NCBI GenBank assembly: GCA_963693365.1
Contig: CAVNZM010000003.1
Span: forward strand, 7,745,312-7,809,311
Source of the DNA: Amoebidium appalachense
Taxonomy: Eukaryota > Protista > Ichthyosporea
DNA length: 64,000 nt
Direction: 5' to 3'
Part shown: positions 1 to 23,156 of the stretch, piece by piece
Numbering within the stretch: the stretch's first letter is position 1
How the letters are laid out: each line of letters starts with the position of its first letter
The notes under the pieces: model-generated
The model's database searches: none
What the model was told of the DNA's origin: nothing
The model's input: only the letters and a program-made list of their open reading frames with translations
Translations under genes and position numbers: made by a program

Positions 1-396
1 TGTCGCATGCCAACCCTTACTTTGGTCCTCCCCCCCCCCCCCCCCTCCCCCCGGACACACACACCCACCCACTGCGCCTCCCCTCCCCACCCACCTTTCT
101 GCTTGGTGGGCCGGCTCGGCCTCTTTATAATGCCTTCTTCCTTTGCCCCTCACCATCCCCTCCCCTACCCCCCTTCCCCCCCCCCCCTTTCTCGCCTTCC
201 TCCCCTTTCGCCTTTCAAGTGAAGATGCATACGAGAGAGAGAAAGGCTGGGGAGGAGGGAAGAGGGGGTAGAAAGAGGGGGGTGGGGGGAGGGGGGAGGG
301 GAGGGGAGGGGGGAGAGAGAAGGGGGGGGGGGGGGGGAGGGAGAGAGGGAGAGAGAGAAGAGAATACACCAGCACACACAGATACCTGACACCCAC

Positions 397-1093
397 CTCT
401 CTGCCAATTTGTTTATTTTGCGCAAAATGCTGTCCAGTTTATCCAACTGCTCCAGCTTGCTCATCACCTGAGGGGGGAGGAAGGGGATGGAGGGGTAAGA
501 GGGAGGGCGGGGGAAAGAGAGGGGGGGGGGGGGGGTTTTGAATGCGTCAAAAAGTACGAAGTACACAAGAACAAACGGATAACACGATGCAGAATGCAAG
601 CCATACATAAAGAGTATGCATAATAAGCAGAGCCCATCCTCAGGGGGGGCCCACGTCATCCACAGTACCCGAGTTTCGACCTATTCCCCTCGTTAACGAA
701 ACCCAACTCAGATACTGTTTCACTTGAACATAGGGGGGGGGGGGGGGGGGGAGTATGCACATGTCTGTGCTAGCACTTCTGCGTGGTTGTATCCATGTGA
801 TGTAGTACATAAAAACCACATGCAAAACCCAAACGCACCAGAAGTGGCAAGGTTGAAGACATGGCAACCCGTGAACGTGTCGGGATGGGCGTTCGTGGAA
901 TGAGTTGGTGGTGTAAGGGGTTTTAGCCAGACGAGGGTTTTGGAAGATGAGAAACAAGCAAAAACCAACCTTTGGTTATCGGCATGTTAATGCAAAAGCA
1001 GTGAATTTCTCCCCAGATCACACACCCAAACTCCCCCTATGCAATTCCACAATTCAAGCCACCTTTTCATACTTGCCACCCCCCCCCTCCCCT

Positions 1094-1125
<32 letters not shown>

Positions 1126-3054
1126 ACACCCCCCCCAACCCACCCACCCACCCACACCCACCTACCCTTTCCCCTATGCAGTCTCCCCCCCCCCCCCCCC
1201 TCCCCCCCTCCTCCTCCCCTCCGCCCTCGCTGCACCTACTTCTGCCAGTACGCACCTTTTCAAAGTCGAACACTGATGGCTTGTTGTTGGCAGATGATAC
1301 AGCCTCCTATATTTAACACTAATCAGTTACTCCCCCCTTCAACCCCCCCCCCCCCCTGCCTTCCTTCATTCCCTTCCTTTTCCCCTCCCCATCCAACCCC
1401 TTTCCCCCTCTTCCTACTTCCCTGGCGCTATGCGGTTCCGTCTGTCCCCCCTCTCTCCTCCCAGGGTGCTGCCGACCAAGAAATAAGATGAAAATGTCTC
1501 TTGTTGCCCCAGTGATTAAAGAATTACAGCTAGGTTAAAGAACCCCCCCTCCCACCACCACCACACCCTCACCTCCTCTCCCACGGCTTTTCCACTGAAG
1601 AAGAAAAATTAGTTCCCCTTCGATCGCCTTCCCTGTCCCCCCCCCCCCCCCTCCTCCCCCCCCCTCCCCCAGTGCGTCTATTTATAGGCCATGTTTCTAT
1701 TAATAGCATTTGCCCACCTCTGACTGGTCTAACCTCTGGCTCAGCCTGCTGACCAATGCTCTCCTTCTTTGCCGTTGGCCCTCCCCACAACTGGACCCCC
1801 CTCGTTAGTGTGTCGACGCACATGTACATGTGCATCTCCCGCTCATCGCTTTTTGTCAACCTTTCTCGCACACATTCTACGTAAAGAACACTTCCCACCC
1901 CACCCCTTTGCCGACATACACATGCAAAAGGGCGTGTTAGAATAAGAGTAAATTTCAGAAAGAGTAGAACACAATAAACGACATCATATACATACATTTA
2001 CAGTAGAACACAACGAACGACATCATGTACATACAATTTAGTAGTGTTCCAGCATAGAGTATATAAATAGAAGCAAATATTCAACAAATGCACACAACAG
2101 AACGACCTCCGCCATCATATACTCCTATTTGCACACGTTTAGACCCAAGCATACACACACACATGCATTGACACACACATACATAGACCATGCAAATATT
2201 TACTTAAACTCACCGCATGGCCTGATTCGACTCCTCGGACATGACCCGTTGCAGCGCCAAACCCCGAGATTGGGGCATTTTCATTGGTTTATTTTCACTC
2301 ACGCTTGTTGCCGGTGCAGCAAGCGAGCTGCATGATTGGCTACCCGAGCACATGCTCGATGCTGATTGGCTCATGCTGGAACAGGAGCTCATTGATTGGA
2401 TGCTGGTGTTGGCGGTAGATGGTGGGGTTGGATAAGCAGAGTTGTTGTCGTAACTGCCATATTTAGTAACTGAAGATTTTGTAGGCGCGATTGTAAGTGG
2501 TGGGAGTGGTGGTGGCGGTGGTGGAGCGGAGAAGTTGGATGGTGTGGTTGGCGTGGTGGGTGGTTTTGATCTGATCATCTGATTGGGTTGCTGATGCGAC
2601 GTAGACGTTTTGTTGGCTGGTGAGTTTAACGGGGTGATGTGATTGGATTGCATGCTCGGTGTTTCGCATGGATGGCACGTGTCACACTGGGGATCATAAA
2701 ACGATTCGTAGAGAGATTCGATTCCAGCCAATGAAACGTTGTCTTCGTAATCTGATCCCGTTTTTTGATTGGTTGATTTGGCCCCGCCGAGGCTCAACAG
2801 CCTTGACATGCGCTTGCTGAACCGTTTGGTTTCGACTCTATCGTCACTCTTCACATCACGTGCTTTCACATGGGAATCGTGCACGTGGCTGGCGGGAATC
2901 TCAACAACACCACCACCTGGTGGTTGCTGTTCTTTGGGTGTTGACGTGTCGATTGTGGATGAGATCTTCGAATTTGATTGGTTTCCAGGCATCGCCGTGA
3001 TGCCTGGTTGGTCGATCTGGCTTGGATCTTCAATGTCCAGATACCAGCACAGAA
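397..3054 (-). CDS. Ser/Pro-rich downstream exons (large exon 3054-2214, small exons near 1790-1736 and 467-397); either the 3' part of the C2-domain gene or a separate gene starting at ATG 2992; no stop codon identified, may run off the window start
   Basis: Long non-repetitive open frame (LCWYLDIEDPSQIDQPGITAMPGNQ...LQRVMSEESNQAMR) bounded by acceptor ccttcag|(3054) and donor |gtgag (2213). Exon 467-397 (VMSKLEQLDKLDSILRKINKLAER) has cag| and |gtggg sites and coiled-coil character. No recognisable domain. Confidence 0.6.
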
Positions 3055-3084
3055 CTGAAGGAAGGGGATGGGGCACGGGGGGGG

Positions 3085-3136
<52 letters not shown>

Positions 3137-3310
3137 AAAATATGTTAGAAAAATAAGCGGGGAGAGGGGGAGGGGAGGGGGGGACAATGCTGTAACTACG
3201 ACACAAAGAGGAAGCTCGAGGGGTGTGAGCGGAACGGGGCCAGCAGCAAGAAGAAAGGGGTGCACCACACAGTTCAAATTGTATTCAATTTGACGGAAAC
3301 CACCAGTTAA

Positions 3311-3855
3311 GGAGACTTGGGGGGATGGTTTTCAAATAAAAATTGGGGATGCGCAGCCGATCGAGATCGACCAAATTCCATAATCGATCCAGTCGGTCAA
3401 TCGAGGCCGGAAGGTCCGAAAATTCAACTTTCAATAAAAACCCCATGTCGTTTGTGAGAGAATGAACGCAGAAACTTGCCCTGAAACAAAAATCCTACTA
3501 ATAAAGTGGGGGGTAATTACATAAAGGATGTTGATGTGTCAGCCCTTGGAAAAATTGATTTCTACCCCCTCCATATATGCTTACGCTAAGCGATAACGGG
3601 CAGCTCGAACCAGATTTTTTCACTGGTAGACATACATAAATCCTAACTAACCAACCCCCACTTTATAATCAAAATTTCATTCTCTCCTCCGGTTTCTGCG
3701 TTCATTCTCTCACAAATAACATGGGGTTTATATTGAAAGTTGAATTTTCGGACCATCCGGCCTCGATTGACCGACTGGATCAATTATGGAATTTGGTCGA
3801 TCTTGATCGGCTGCGCACCCCCAATTTTTATATGAAAACCATCCCCCAAGCCTCC
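3311..3855. mobile_element. Non-autonomous DNA transposon (MITE), TTAA target duplication, GG...CC termini, Kolobok-like
   Basis: 3311-3475 is the near-perfect reverse complement of 3692-3855 (about 165-bp TIR, a few mismatches), with weaker inner symmetry (ataaagtggggg / cccccactttat). Flanked by TTAA at 3307-3310 and 3856-3859. TTAA TSD with purine-purine termini fits Kolobok rather than piggyBac (CCC termini). No coding capacity. Confidence 0.85.
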
Positions 3856-4122
3856 TTAATTAACATCTGGATGAACTTGAATTCAAAGCACCAGCGAACA
3901 TCATCAATAGTGCAACTTGGCGGGGGGGGGGGGGGGGGGGGGCAGGGAGCAGGGAGCAGGGAGGGGGTGGGGGGGAAGGGGGGAGGGGGGAGGGACGGGA
4001 AGGGGGGAGAGGGAGAGGGGACGGGCGAGTGGAGTGAGTGGGAAGAGGGAAGGCGTGGAGAGGTGTAGAAGGGGGAGGTGAGGAGGAATGGGGGAGGGGG
4101 GGGGGGGGGGATGCAAACACAC

Positions 4123-14942
<10,820 letters not shown>

Positions 14943-15337
14943 TCTTGCTAACTTAGAAAACCTGGTTAGAAACACTGTATGCTTTACTATTACTAATGAT
15001 TCCCCACGCCCTTCCACATTGCTTGTGCTATGATGATATGGAGGCACTGTAGATATGGCCATAAACTTAGAAAAGATGTTTAACTATCTTTGTGATACCA
15101 CACAAAACGACGATTGAGTAGTTGCCCAGGTGCGCATGCTGCCTTTCCACAATCAGGGTGTGCACGCAGGGCAGTTGCCTTTATCCAAAATATTGCCTGC
15201 TTTTTACCGCCCACAGCCCGCTTCTACAACCAGCACATACACCTTCTTCGAAAATCAACACGACCCAGGGTTCATGTGTGCATGCTTGGGGTCACTGGAG
15301 TACCTGGTGTGGGTGGGAGGCTCCGACTGGGAGCAGG

Positions 15338-15349
15338 AGTGACGTCACT
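15338..15349. promoter_or_regulatory. CRE-type palindrome AGTGACGTCACT upstream of the C2 gene
   Basis: Perfect TGACGTCA core about 400 bp upstream of the ATG; a second TGACGTCA lies at 25163-25170 upstream of the mucin-like gene. Function is inferred from the motif only. Confidence 0.35.
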
Positions 15350-16571
15350 GACGCAGTGCCAAACAGCCCAGATCAACCGTCGCGAGCGCAGCAGAATTTC
15401 TCTAATCGGCTAGGATGTGCAATCTTGTATGTAGTTCATAGACTATGATGGGGCAAGCGTATACTGTAGTTGCACAACTTAAAGCCACCTCTAGTTACAC
15501 ACATATTGATTATTATATTTGGGTTTGGGGGTATGTATGCGAGGTTTTCACATTTAAACCCGATCATCTCTCTACCTAGAGAGGGTAAGATCAAATTAAT
15601 ATTATTAGTCGTAACCCGCTAACCCTATTATACTTCTGCCCCCCTCGAGTCTGACTATAGTGATTGGGCAAGCCTTCTCTAAGTTTATTGCTCCAATCAT
15701 TATCTACATACGCACATTCCAAAGGCTAGCCATAACTTGAACCAATCGTTCACTGAAGCGACGGTACTGTGACTGGCACTGTGACTTCGGAACAGCGCTG
15801 CCAGACTGCCGGTCGCTACAGCTTACCGTGAGTGCCGCGAGCGCGGCCCAGGGGATAGGGGTGGTTTGACAGGTTTGCCTGCGTGCGTGCGTGCGTGCGT
15901 GCTTGTGTGTGTGTGTGTGTGTTTGTTTGTGTGCGTGCTGTGTGACATTGTGTGTGTGTACATGTGTGGGTGGGTGGGTGGGTGGGTGGGTGGGTGGGTG
16001 TGGGTGTGATGATCATGTGGGTGGGTGGTTGGGTGAGTGCGTATGTGTGTGTGCGTGCGTGTGCGTATGTGTGCGCGCGTGCGTGTGTGTGCGTTTGTGT
16101 GTGTTCGTTGTGTGTTTGTGACACTCTGGGGGATTGTATGCGTGTGCGTGTGTGTGAGCGTGCGTGTGTGTGTGTGCGTGCTTAAGGTTGTGTGTGTGCG
16201 CTCGTGCGTGCGTGTTTGTGTGTGTGCACGTGTTTGTGTGCTTTGTGTCTGTGCCTGTGCGTGCGTGTGCGTGCGTGTGCGTGCGTGTGTACACGCGTGC
16301 CCCGGCAGAACATGCAGAGCAAGAGTAACTGCAGGAGACACACGCATATATCAGATGCCAGGACAGCTATCTATTCAGCCTATTGATCGATAGGCTTAGA
16401 TTTGTCGCTCAAAGACTCTGAAAAAAAAGTAAAACGAATGAATAACGCGACCCTACCCCATATGATAAAGCCATAAATTCGCCCCAAATCCGGGCCCTCC
16501 CCTTCCTCCCCCCCCCCCCCCCCCCCCCCTCTCTCCGCTGCCGCCGAGTCTCTCGCTGGCCGACGGCGTGC

Positions 16572-16638
16572 TCATAACAGCATCATAACAGCATCATAAC
16601 AGCATCATAACAGCATCATAACAGCATCATAACAGCAT
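16572..16638. repeat. 11-bp tandem repeat (cataacagcat) x6
   Basis: Visible perfect units. Confidence 0.9.
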
Positions 16639-17401
16639 GCATAAACTCGCACACCTACATACATACACACACGTCACAGAAGACCCCAAACACGTGACTG
16701 ACTGAGTGTGCGTGCATAAAGACCCGACACATGCACAAGCTAGCTAAATACAGTCTCATTGCACCACATGATGCATGCAAATTGAGCACGCCGTCGCCAT
16801 GTACGCATATGAAGCACACACGCGCGCACAAATACATACACACTCACACTCACACGTGCACGCACGCACAAACACACACACATACACACACACGCACGCA
16901 CGCACAAGTACTCACACGCGGATAAACGTCCATCCTCCCGTCCCCTCCCCAACATCCGCCCTTTCCCGATCACATCACCAACACACACACAACCCCCCCC
17001 TCCCCCCCCCTCCCCCCCCCCCCCCCCTCCCCCTCCCCCCCCCCCCCCCCCCCCCCCCCCCGGCATCCCAAAAAAGTCTAATCTCAAAACTTCGGCACAC
17101 ATACATGAAACCAAAAGCTTCTTTCCTGCTCGTAGTGTTCCACCTATAGCTGTACGGGTCTAAGATTTTTAAAAGAAAGTTTTGATTTGTAGTCGGGAAA
17201 CATTACAACCAACCACCGAGGCTTGAGCATAGTGCTGCACCGCTTAAGAGGGTGCCCGATTAGGAATTTTTTTTTTATTATTATTTTTAATTTTTTTTTA
17301 TGAAAAAGGCCTTATGACAAAATAAGATGAATAAATAAGACACACAAGACAAATGCCGTAATCAGGACTGAGGGTGCTGTTGGACGGTGGCACTCTGATA
17401 G

Positions 17402-17440
<39 letters not shown>

Positions 17441-17634
17441 ACCACCACCACCACCACCACCCACCCTCCGGACGATTTACACAGTAGGCCTTAGTGGCAC
17501 CCACTAAACACCATCAGAACATCCGTGGAAGGTTACGATTATGGAATATTTCCACGAAATACCGAAAATGTTCCAAGTGTTTAAAGAACTACTATCACTT
17601 TTCCTAATACACACACACGCGCACACATACACAC

Positions 17635-17794
17635 AAAAACACACATGCGCATACATAATAATGGACACAAACGTGAGCGAGCACACACAGTCACACACCC
17701 CCCCACACGCACACACACACACACACAAACACACATGCGCATACATAATAATGGACACAAACGTGAGCGAGCACACACAGTCACACACCCCCCC

Positions 17795-17820
<26 letters not shown>
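17635..17820. repeat. Tandem duplication of about 90 bp (acacatgcgcatacataataatggacacaaacgtgagcgagcacacacagtcacacacccccccacacgc)
   Basis: Two identical copies starting at about 17641 and about 17731. Confidence 0.9.
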
Positions 17821-17849
<29 letters not shown>

Positions 17850-18271
17850 CACGCACACACACACACACACCGTACACACACACACACACACACACCGGGA
17901 TACACATGTAGACACAAGCACGCACGTGCAGCCCCCCACTTTCCCTCCTCCCCCCTTTCCTCCTGCCTCCCCCCCTGCCCCCACACAAACCCTCAAAGCA
18001 CAAACACAAACATTAACACAGACATACACCTGCACACGTGCACACACAAACTTTGCGGGTTTGTGCGTGCCACGCGGCGACACACACAAAAACACACATG
18101 CGCACACGCACACACACACGCGGGCGCACGCGCGCGTGCGCACACACACACGCACACACGCACACACACACACACACGCACACACACACACACACACACA
18201 TGCACGGAAGCACACACACGCAGTGCAAGCGCACAAACATACATAAAGTTAAACGTACGCAGGCATGCAAG

Positions 18272-18302
<31 letters not shown>

Positions 18303-18591
18303 TTGGGATGCATACACATGCGTACACACATGGCCACATGCACACACACACACAAGTTTCCCAAACCCTCCCAAAAGGACAGATTTAGACCCGCATCCCC
18401 ACCTTTCCACTCAGGCATAAACACACACACCACGGACACACACAAACACGTGCACTCGCACACATCATTACCACACGCCCACACTTGCAACACAACCACA
18501 CCAACACACAGGCATTCAACATACTCCCATCACACACACAAACGAAAAAGGTGCACACTTTGGCACACACGCCCTGATTTATGAGGTTGGA

Positions 18592-18708
<117 letters not shown>

Positions 18709-18902
18709 GGGGGGGGAGAGGGAGGGGGGAAGGGGCAGATGGGGAGAGGAGGGGGTGGGGGGGGGGGGGAGGAGGGGGGGGGAGGGAGGGGGGAGGGGGA
18801 GGGGGGAAGGGGGAGATGGGGAGAGGAAGGGCGGGCCGGGGGGGGGGGGGGGGGGGGGGGAAGGGGGAGATGGGGAGAGGAAGGTTGGGGGTAAAAGTGT
18901 GT

Positions 18903-18941
<39 letters not shown>

Positions 18942-19269
18942 TTTGTGCGTGTGTCACGGTGTGTGTGTGTTTGTGTGTGTGTGCGCCATGTATGTGTGGG
19001 AGCATCAGATATAATGTCCCGAAAGAAATCATGTATGAAAGTTTACGAGTGTGAAATAATATACTACTTTCGGATTTATTGACCGGTGGCAAGGTGAGCC
19101 AGTCATCCTTGTCCGTTAAAATTATAAAATATATCGTGCAGTGACTGCAACAATTCAAACACAACTATACAACTACATATTATTTCTACTAAATTACAAC
19201 TCGTAGCCTGAGGCATATGTAGCCCCTACTAACTTAGTAAGCTATACTATTTATCTTTAAAACTACAGT

Positions 19270-22200
19270 CTAGTTAAAGGACACAGGGATATAGTAACCC
19301 CATCGTGCACTCTCATACCGATGCTTGCACCAAGGCCTCTCACCCATGCATTCCCCGCATCCCATACCCGATTGGTTGTCGTAAAACGTAAAATGTGCCA
19401 CAATAACCAGATTTGTGCATTGCAGTCTGCTGACGTCCAATACAAACATGTCTCTAAGCACCATAACCGCACGGTGTTTTGCACCCACACACGTGCTGTT
19501 GTTGTCGTTGCAAGCAGTGTGGAATATCTGGTGGACGGGATAACCATATTCGGAATCACCCGGGATATCTGATTGGTTGCAGGCCACAGCCACATGGCTT
19601 GCTTTCATTGGCTTGTTGATGGAGGTGGTGTCGATGGTTATGTTGAGCAACCGACTGGCTTGTGATTGGTACTTGGTCACGTGCACGGAACCTGATTGGT
19701 GGAATCGGTTATACAGCGCACAGTACTCGGTGCTGTTGGATAACACAGACGGTGCTGTGGTGGCGGTGGACGAGGGGCTGTCGGTGTGGGTGTTGGTGGG
19801 AGAATCGGCCTGTGTGGGTGTTGGTGTGGCCGTGGGGGTGATGCTTGAAAACTTATTATCGACGGAAGTGATGATGGGAGCAATAGATGTAGGGAAGGTG
19901 GGGTCGGCGGTGAGAGATGGTGATTGGCTGTCGGTGTTGGCGGTGTTGACGGCTGAAGAGGTGTCGGGCTTAACGTTGTTCGTGTTGGAGGGGAGGTTGG
20001 TAGGGGTGGGGGCGTCACTGGGGAACCGATCGTCAATGGAAGTGATGGTGAGGAGGTCGGTGGTGGAAGGCGATTGGGTGTTGGTGTTGGCAGAGGAACC
20101 ATCTGACGGATTTGATTGGGCAGGAGGGGTGTTTGTAGCCGCACTTGATTGGGTAGGGGTGATAACGGCTGCAGATGATTGGCCAGCAGCAGAAGACGAT
20201 GATTGGGCCGACGCAGACTGTGTTGGGATCCCATTGGTTGTGCTGGGGATAGAGGAACCCTCGGCGGAATCTGATTGGGTGGGAACTACGACGCCCGTAG
20301 ATGATTGGTGAGCAGGAGAAGACGGTGATTGGGTGGATGTGGCCGGTGTGGTGCTTGACGGTGAAACACCGGCCGACTGAGTTGGGATGTTGGCGGGTGT
20401 TGTGGTGGTGGCCAGGGTGGGAATAGCGGTAGAGGGGGTGGGATAGACTGTCACTGTAACCGTGAGTGTGGTGTCTGTGTTGGTGGGTGTGGGGTCGAGA
20501 GGTTGCGGGCGTGTGGTTGTGGTGGGGGGGTTCGTGGTGGTTGTGGGTGGGGTGAATGGTTGTGTTGTGGGTGCTGCAGGAATATTGGTGGGTGTGGTGG
20601 TGGTTGCAGATGGGTTGGGTGAGGGTGTTGGTGTGATGGTGATTGTGATGGTGGTGGTAACTGGTCCGGTGTGTGTGGTGGTTGGTTCTTGAGGTGCTAC
20701 TGGCTTGGCGGTGGCGGTGGTGGTTGTGACGGGAGAAACTGGGGTGTATGTGGTGGATGAGGGGTGTGTTGTGGTGGGGTTTGAAGATGTTGTGGTGGTG
20801 GTAGGGTCCAGGGGTGCTGTTTTGGTGGGAGTTGCAGTCGTGGTAGGTGTGGTGGTGGCAGCGGTACCGGTGGATGTGGTGGTGGTGTTAACCGTAACGG
20901 TGATGGTCACGGGAATGGACGTGGTGGTGGTGGTGGTGGTGATTGGGTCCGGTGGAACTGTTTTTGTTGCAGTGGTGGTGGTGGTGGTTTGCTTGGTGGT
21001 TCCGGGTACAGTGGTGCTGGTGGTGGCGGTGGGGGTGAGGCTTGCAGTGGTGGTGGTTAGCACAGTGCTGGTAGTTGCTGCTGTCGTGGTGGTAGTGGTG
21101 GTGATTGTGTCGGAAGGAACAGTCCTTGTTGTTGTTGTTGTTGTTGTGGTGGTGGTGGTGGTGGTGGTGGTGGTGGTGGTGGTGGTTTTTGTAGAGGCGG
21201 CGGTGGTTGTGGTGGCAGGCTTGGTGGTGGTGGTGGTGGTGGTGGTGTGCTTGGTGGTGGTGGTGGTGGTGATTGGGTCGGGAGGAACAGTCCTTGTTGT
21301 GTTAGTGGTGGTAGTTGGCTTGGTGGTGGTGGTGGTGGTGGTGGTGGTAGGCTTGGTGGTGGTGGTGGTTGCTTTTGTAGTGGTGGCGGTGGTAGTGGTG
21401 ACAGCAGGGTTGGTGGTGGTGGTGATTGGGTCGGGAGGAACCGTCCTTGTTGTTGTGGTGGTTGGCTTGGTGGTGGTGGTGGTAGTGGTAGGCTTGATGG
21501 TAGTGGTGGTCATGGTGGTGGTGGTGATGATAGTGGTGGTGGTGGTGGTGGTGGTGGTAGGCTTGGTGGTGGTGGTGGTGGTGGTGGTGGTGGTGGTAGG
21601 CTTGGTGGTGGTGGTGGTGGTGGTGGTGGTGGTGGTGCACGTGGTAGGCTTGGCGGTGGTGGTGATTGGGTCGGGAGGAACCGTGGTGGTGGTGGTGGTG
21701 GTGGTGGTTGGCTTGGTATTGGTGGTGGTGGTGGTGGTGGTGGTGGTGGTGGTGGTGGTGGTGGTGGTGGGGGCTGTGGTGGTGGTTGTGGTGGTGGTAG
21801 GCTTTGTGGTGGTGATGGTGGTGGTGGTGGTACGCTTAGTGGTGGTGGTGGTGATTGGGTCGGGAGGAACCGTCCTTGTAGTAGTGGTGGTGGTGGTGGT
21901 AGCCGTTGGAGAAGTGGTAGTGGAGGTTGCCGTTAAGGTTACGCTAGTGGTGGAAGGGATGGTAGCGGTGGTGGTGTTGGTGGCCATCGGGTCTTGAGAA
22001 ACCTCTGTTTTCGTTGTGGTGATGGTGGTGGTGGTGGCGGTTGGGTCCGGAGGCACCGTTCTAGTTGTGGTGGTGGTGGTTGGTTTCGTGGTGGTGGTGT
22101 GCTTGGTCGTGGTGGAAGTGGTGGTGGTGGTTGGTTTAGTGGCGGTGGTGTGTTTAGTTGTGGTGGTCGTTGTCGGCTTAGTCGTGGTGACCGTAGGGTG

Positions 22201-23121
22201 CTTGGTGGTGGTGGTGTGCTTGGTGGTGGTGGTGGTGGTGATTGGGTCTGGAGGCACCGTTTTTGTGGTCGTGGATGTGTGAGGTTTGGTGGTGGTGGTG
22301 GTTGGTTTCGTAGTGGTGGTGGGCTTAGTGGTGGTGGTGGTTTTGGTGGTGGTGTGTTTAGTCGTGGTCGTGTGCTTAGTGGTGGTTGTGTGCTTAATGG
22401 TGGTGGTGGTTTTGGTGGTGGTGGTGGTAGGCTTAGGCTTGGTGGTGGTGGTGGTGGGCTTAGGCCGCGTGGTGGTGGTGGCAGGCTTAGGCTTGGTGGT
22501 GGTGGTCTTTGTGGTGGTCGGGTCCGGAGGGGGTGTTCTTGTTGTCGTGGTGGTGGTGGTTGACTTTGTTGTTGTGGGTATCATGGTGGCGGTGGTGGGT
22601 TTAGGCAGAGGCTTTCCCATACACATGTTATCATAAAGATCTTTGCACATGCAATGAGAACACACACAATGGTCGGGTTTTATTCCATTCTTCGGCCGAC
22701 ACTCCGCCTCGCATTGCGCGTCGCTTGTTGACGTAGAGCCTTTGTTTGCAATCCACTCTCTGCACGAATCGAAATCCCACCCATGCTTTCCGTTGCCAAA
22801 CCGATCATACCACTCGTTCTCACAGCGGTTGTTTGTGTCCCTGGCTGGGTCCATTCCTGCTGGGGTTTTGCACTTGCAGTAGCTGGGGGGGCATTCGTAG
22901 AGCAGACCACCGCCGGGCTGTGGCACAAAACGTGTTAGTGCTGACCGTGGTTGTGCATATCTCCTATAGGATTTAGAGCAATTAAGGTGTATTCATCAAA
23001 AGAGTGATTTCATTCGAGAACTCAACCTCTTCTGTACTTCATGCACACTTCATATTCTACTATTCACCCCCTTCTTGCCCGCCGCCACTCCCTCGACCCC
23101 CCCCCCCCACCCCCCCCCCCC

Positions 23122-23156
<35 letters not shown>

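Noticed and set aside
3721-4068. ORF starting within the MITE as a possible transposase
   Set aside because: Short, runs into poly-G, no DDE motifs
19577-22636. Val-rich and Gly-rich plus-strand ORFs
   Set aside because: Antisense shadows of the Thr (ACC) codon runs in the mucin gene
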